Assembly (NCBI GenBank): GCA_048213135.1 | Contig: PS015093.1 | Span: 1 to 64,000, forward strand | Origin: Reclinomonas americana ATCC 50394 | Taxonomy: Eukaryota | Reading direction: 5' to 3' | DNA: 64,000 bases | In this document: positions 58,806 through 64,000 of the stretch, piece by piece | How positions within the stretch are numbered: the first letter of the stretch is position 1 | Layout of the letters: each line of letters starts with the position of its first letter | The notes under the pieces: generated by a model | Told to the model about the DNA's origin: nothing | Databases searched by the model: none | What the model saw: the letters and a program-made list of their open reading frames with translations, nothing else | Program-made: the position numbers and the translations under genes

Positions 58806-59042
58806 ATGCCATTCTATCGTAGCGCGTTTGACTTTGACGCGGTGGAGAGCGAGGAGCTGTCGTTGAGGAAAGGCCAAGTGGTGGAGTCGGAGGGTGAGTT
58901 GTGTGTGCCCAACGGCTCTCATTTTTTTCGGTCTTGCCTCATGTTGTTGTTTGTGTGTTCTGTGTGTAAGGCGAGGGCGATGGGAACTGGATCTGTGTGC
59001 ACTCGGTTGATCGGCCAGAGGAGAGAGGATACGCGCCAGTGG
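58806..59042 (+). pseudogene. Duplicated first two exons of the SH3 gene (truncated or gap-interrupted)
   Basis: MPFYRSAFDFDAVESEELSLRKGQVVESE|GEGDGNWICVHSVDRPEERGYAPV; no downstream exons are visible before copy 2. Confidence 0.55.
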
Positions 59043-59228
59043 GTGAGTGTCAATCTCTGAATTACGCAAGCAGACACATTTGCGCACACACAGTTGCACA
59101 CTGCTCCCTCTGCATACACACATACTCTCCCTCTGTGTGTGTGTGAATGTGTGCGTCTGCTTACTCAGAACACGGCGTCCTTAGTTCAATCTTACACTCA
59201 CGCTTGCTCTCCTCCGCTCACACACACG

Positions 59229-59299
<71 letters not shown>

Positions 59300-59560
59300 C
59301 TTACTNNNNNNNNNNNNNNNNNNNNNNNNNNNNNNNNNNNNNNNNNNNNNNNNNNNNNNNNNNNNNNNNNNNNNNNNNNNNNNNNNNNNNNNNNNNNNNN
59401 NNNNNNNNNNNNNNNNNNNNNNNNNNNNNNNNNNNNNNNNNNNNNNNNNNNNNNNNNNNNNNNNNNNNNNNNNNNNNNNNNNNNNNNNNNNNNNNNNNNN
59501 NNNNNNNNNNNNNNNNNNNNNNNNNNNNNNNNNNNNNNNNNNNNNNNTCGTCTCCTCTCC

Positions 59561-59603
<43 letters not shown>

Positions 59604-59604
59604 T

Positions 59605-59658
<54 letters not shown>

Positions 59659-59734
59659 CCTCCCTCCCTCTTTTGCCCCTTCCCCAATCCCCTTTCCCTA
59701 TATTTCGTGCCCTTCACCAACCACTTCACTCCTC

Positions 59735-60280
59735 TCACCCTTGATGCCTCGTAAACGTATAATACAAGCGCTGCTTCACCGTAAACCTCGACTCCTCCAG
59801 CACCTCCACCCGCACATCCTCCCACCGCTGCATCTCCTCCTCTCTGCCCACCACCAGAAAATCAGCACAACCTTTCTCCCCCTGCACATCACTCCTCAGA
59901 GAACGCAACATCATCCACGCATCCTCTCTCTGCCCCACCACCTCGCCCTCCAGCAACAACGTCGCATCATCCTGCCCCTCACCCGCAGTCACCTGCGACG
60001 GACGCACCCATCCACTCAACTGCAACGCCGCCGCACGCGATTGTAAACGCCCCGCCACGTCACTAACAACCACCGCTGCGTCGGCGTCCTCCAAAGCCGT
60101 TGTTGTTGTTGTTGTGGCGCGAATGAGGAAGCGGAAACGCCTGTACAGTGCCACCTGCGGATCAAAGTACACTGCGCGCTGGCGTTGCATCCACTCGTGC
60201 GCGTCTTTGGGCGCGCTGGTGTGTGGGACGGGCACAAGTGTGCTGCGGAGGCGCTGAGCGAGGAGGACCAGCGCGCGCAT
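59735..60280 (-). CDS. Acylphosphatase-fold-like protein, copy 2
   Basis: Open ORF nearly identical to copy 1. Confidence 0.6.
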   Translation of the reverse strand: MRALVLLAQRLRSTLVPVPHTSAPKDAHEWMQRQRAVYFDPQVALYRRFRFLIRATTTTTTALEDADAAVVVSDVAGRLQSRAAALQLSGWVRPSQVTAGEGQDDATLLLEGEVVGQREDAWMMLRSLRSDVQGEKGCADFLVVGREEEMQRWEDVRVEVLEESRFTVKQRLYYTFTRHQG

Positions 60281-60494
60281 TGATTGAAGACGGAAACAGA
60301 AGTGTCCCGCACGTGGTCGACGTCTACATCCATCGTGTCTCGAAGTCGACAGTGAGATGACTACTGGTGAAGAGCAACTGCGTGTTTTTTCTGTTCTGCC
60401 GCGGCAAAGAATGCCATGTTTTCTTGCATTGGGAGAATGAACTTCACGCTGTCCTGCCTGTGTTTTGTTTTTTGTTTGTGAGAGCGCCAGTGCC

Positions 60495-62021
60495 ATGCCG
60501 TTCTATCGTAGCGCGTTTGACTTTGACGCAGTGGAGAGCGAGGAGCTGTCGTTGAGGAAAGGCCAAGTGGTGGAGTCGGAGGGTGAGTTGTGTGTGCCCA
60601 ACGGCTCTCATTTTTTTCGGTCTTGCCTCATGTTGTTTGTGTGTTCTGTGTGTAAGGTGAGGGCGATGGGAACTGGATCTGTGTGCACTCGGTTGATCGG
60701 CCAGAGGAGAGAGGATACGCGCCAGTGGGTGAGTGTCAATCTCTGAATTACGCAAGCAGACACACACACACTTGCACACAGTTGCACACTGCTCCCTCTG
60801 CATACACACATACTCTCCCTCTGTGTGTGTGTGTGAATGTGTGCGTCTGATTGCAAAGAACACGGCGTCCTTAGCTCAATCTTACTCTCACACTTGCTCT
60901 CCTCCGCTCACACACGCACGCACGCACACACACACACACACACACACGCACACACACACACACACTATCTCTGTGTGAGAGCGCGTGCGTCTTCCCGTGC
61001 GGAACACGTTGTCCTTAGCTCACTCACTCTCCACCCCCTTTCACACACACACTCTCTCTCCTCTCTCCCTCTCCCTCCCTCTCTCTCTCTCCCTCTCTCC
61101 GTCTATGTGCAAGTGTGTGCGTGCGTGTGAGTGTATTACTTTCTCAATCACAACCTTCACTCTCCTTGTCTTCTCCTCCTTCTCTTCTCCTCCTCTACCT
61201 TTCCCCTCCACCCACTCTCTCCCCCACCCCCCAGGCTACCTAAAGGAGCTGAGCGACGCGGAGGTTGCAGCACTGGTGAGCACATTTTTCAGCGCGGGCC
61301 CGCTGATTGCAATTTCGAGACCTCTCTCACTCACTCTCCATAATTCTCTCACACAGCACGCCCCCGGTCGCGACTCGCTTCACAGCAGCGCCTCCAAGCG
61401 GGAACGGCGATCGGCTCCGCGACCGCCGCCCTCCTCGTCAGCGGCCAGTGCGGCGGCCATGGGCGCGGCCATGGGACTGAGCTCGCACGATGGTGCGTCG
61501 CCACGCAACGATCACTCGTTGTCGCCACCGCGCTCGCGTGGCGGGAACAGCAGCAGCAGCACGGCGGGTCTGTCCAGCACGTTCCGCGGCACTCCGCCAT
61601 CGTCTGCACGCGATTTGGTACGCCACCAAAGCTGATATTGGTTGCCAACAATCATGTTCGTGTACTAAATAGAAGCCGTTTTCTTTTGTGGTCGTAGGGC
61701 TCTGGCAATGGAGGCGGTCTGCCATCGGTGGAGCGCGACACGTTTACGGAGCTGGTGTCGGACTTCCGACAGCGCCTAAAGACGGTGATGGAGGAGCGTG
61801 AGGATGCCTTCCGCAAGCTCGAGTCGTCCATCTCCTCCACCTCCAAGGAGATTCAGATGTGTCAGGAGCGCAACGGCAAGCTGACGCAGCGCATTATCGA
61901 GCTCGACAATTGGATCGAGGAGGAGCGGCAAAAGTGGAAGGATCAGCTGGAGGCGGAGAAGAAGAGCCTCAAGCTCAAGAACCTCACGACGTTCTCCTCG
62001 TTTGCGCCCAAGTTCCCGTGA
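60495..62021 (+). CDS. SH3-domain + C-terminal coiled-coil protein (multi-exon)
   Basis: SH3: FYRSAFDFDAVESEELSLRKGQVV...GNWICV...RGYAPVG|YLKEL. Ser-rich linker, then coiled coil FRQRLKTVMEERE...IEEERQKWKDQLEAEK. Confidence 0.85.
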
Positions 62022-62715
62022 GTGGCGGCGGGGGTGAGAGTGTGAGTGTGAATGAGATGCTTTTGTAAAACTGTGCTTTTTTCTTTTTCCTTTCTCATTC
62101 TCGCAGCGCATCATCTTATTCTTTGGTGAAGCATCGCTGCGAAACTGGTTTGTATGTGCCTCTTCTGTCTCTCTGCACCAGGGTTAATAGACAGTGACGA
62201 CTGCAGGTTCTCTGCCACGGGCTTGAGACAAGGACGGCGTTTTGCCCTTGCCGCACAATCTACGGTAGATTCACACTGCAGCTGCGGGGTACCTTTTTGT
62301 GCGATCGCGAAAACGAATCTGCAGGCATTCGTCATGTTGTCTTGCCTCGGGTCGTGGCATACAACCGACGGCCCTCGCGTGTGCTGCATCATCTCCTCCT
62401 GACCGGCAGTTCTTCTTTGCACTTGCATTCTCTTCTGAGTTCTTGTCATGGAGAAGCGCAAATGCATATGAGATGCCTTTTTCAACTTGTCACTCTCGCT
62501 TTGCGCCTGGCTCCCCTTGACACTTCTTTTCCCCATGTCTCTCTCACTGTTCGTTCCTCTCGTAGGCACTGTAGACAGCGCCTGCACAAACCAACAGTTC
62601 CGCTTTTATGCGAATCGAATCGCATCAATCGCCAGCCAGATTCACCTCATCGCATTCTTTCTTTCTCGTCGTTGAGCCAAGGTTGCCACCTTACAAACAA
62701 ACAAAACAAATCATC

Positions 62716-63021
62716 ATGAACCCTGAGGACTTTGCCCCCCCTGTCGATGGTGCGTCCATTATGCTCATGCTTTGCTGCACGTCCGCCCAGTAGTGACTGA
62801 CTTTGTCTCTTCTCCATGCAGCGTCGGCTGAGTTCAAGACTGGCTGGGAGAGTGGCCTGCACCCGCGCACAGGCGCATGGATGTTCCACATGCCCAGCGT
62901 TGCGTCTTTTCTCTCCTCCTTTTCTCATGTTCTTTCTCTTCTCGCTCACCTCTGCTTCTATCATATACAGGAGCAATACGCTGAGGGCTTCTTCGCGGCC
63001 AAGAGCGCTGCGGGCTGGTAA
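62716..63021 (+). CDS. 53-aa three-exon microprotein
   Basis: MNPEDFAPPVD|ASAEFKTGWESGLHPRTGAWMFHMPS|EQYAEGFFAAKSAAGW*; phase-consistent GT-AG introns and an A-rich leader before the ATG. Confidence 0.6.
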
Positions 63022-63253
63022 TCGCTTGCCATGAAGTAGGCACCCTCCTCCGCCTCTCCCACGAGTGTGTTGGAGTGTACGTACGGGCTGCGTGCCTTTT
63101 GGTGCAAGTCACCGCCACCATCTATCTTTTTTCCGTGTTTTTTCGATTGTGTGCGTCCTTTCTATAATCCGCGTTGTGCGCGGGGATGCCACGTGATGAA
63201 GCCGCTGATTGTACTTCTGGGAATTGTGTAACATGCAAACAACTACAAGGGGG

Positions 63254-63675
63254 TTATCTGGCGGGAGGGAGGGGTGCCAGGTGCATGGATTCGAGGGCGC
63301 GCATGGCCTCCTCCATGCTGCACACAAAAGATGAGTAGGTGTGGCAATACCGCACAGAGCTACAAACAACGTACGTTGGTCTCTGGGTCGGGTCGTATTG
63401 CAGACAGTGGACCATGAGCTGAATGAAATCAGGCGGCAGCATGGTTCCGCTCTCCTTGTCGGCCAGTTGTCGCATGCGCTCGCGTGACACACTGAGTGCC
63501 AGGGTACCTGCGCGTCTGTTTGCGTAAGTGATCGAGAAGCGACGAGGTTACAAGACAAGCGAGGGACGCACCGACTGCCAGCTGATGCAACACTGACATG
63601 GGATTGAGATCGGTGAACGGGCGTTGCTGGTGGGCGAGTTCCCACAGGACCACGCCGAAACTCCACACATCGGCT
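63254..63675 (-). CDS. Protein kinase (TKL-like), 3' exons; the rest lies beyond the gap/window edge
   Basis: DVWSFGVVLWELAHQQRPF...LPPDFIQLMVHCLQYDPTQRPT|MEEAMRALE. Confidence 0.85.
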
Positions 63676-63789
63676 GCGAGAAAGGGGGCAAGTGAGGCAG
63701 AGGGTCTCGCACCTGCTTCCGAATGCAGAATTCCCAGCCTCCTGGCGCTTCCAGTCCCGCTCCTTGCCTGTCTCTTTTCCAGTAACTGC

Positions 63790-63824
<35 letters not shown>

Positions 63825-64000
63825 NNNNNNNNNNNNNNNNNNNNNNNNNNNNNNNNNNNNNNNNNNNNNNNNNNNNNNNNNNNNNNNNNNNNNNNNNNNN
63901 NNNNNNNNNNNNNNNNNNNNNNNNNNNNNNNNNNNNNNNNNNTCCTCCCTCCTTCCTCCCTCCCTTCCCTCCCTTCCCTTCCTCCCTCTCTCCCTCTCTC

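Larger units (their letters stand above)
58029..60966. repeat. Near-tandem ~1.27-kb segmental duplication (58029-59300 and 59716-60966) separated by a gap
   Basis: Colinear, highly similar copies with scattered substitutions and indels. Confidence 0.92.

Overview
Eukaryotic genomic DNA from a draft assembly with about ten N gaps. It is GC-rich, gene-dense and intron-rich: most introns are short GT-AG, and a few long ones are filled with GA/CA microsatellites. The gene content fits a free-living phagotrophic protist, but I cannot name the organism. I reconstructed spliced gene models by hand from splice sites and reading frames, so exon boundaries are predictions. About 21 protein-coding genes are supported. 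Recognisable ones: GH25 lysozyme, GT2 glycosyltransferase, hormone-sensitive-lipase-like protein, methylmalonyl-CoA mutase, phospholipase B, two tandem GDXG esterases, an FN3/Gln-rich protein, an NAD-kinase-like protein, eIF3e, an RNFT1-like RING ligase, a TauD-family dioxygenase, an SH3 protein and a kinase tail. The most interesting part is the first 17.5 kb, which looks like an innate-immunity-type cluster. It holds (i) an NLR-like gene encoding ubiquitin-like + HEPN RNase-like (RNELAH) + NACHT + pentapeptide + near-identical WD40 repeats, head-to-head with a WD40-only gene; (ii) a protein kinase + STAND NTPase + ankyrin gene whose kinase appears to need a 15-nt and a 2-nt microexon; (iii) a prokaryote-type Zn-ribbon gene with introns; and (iv) a lysozyme. 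Other oddities: two probable pseudoenzymes (an NAD kinase lacking GGDG, an acylphosphatase fold lacking catalytic residues), a 1.3-kb near-tandem duplication and very short intergenic spacers. No rRNA, tRNA, CRISPR array or transposase was recognised.
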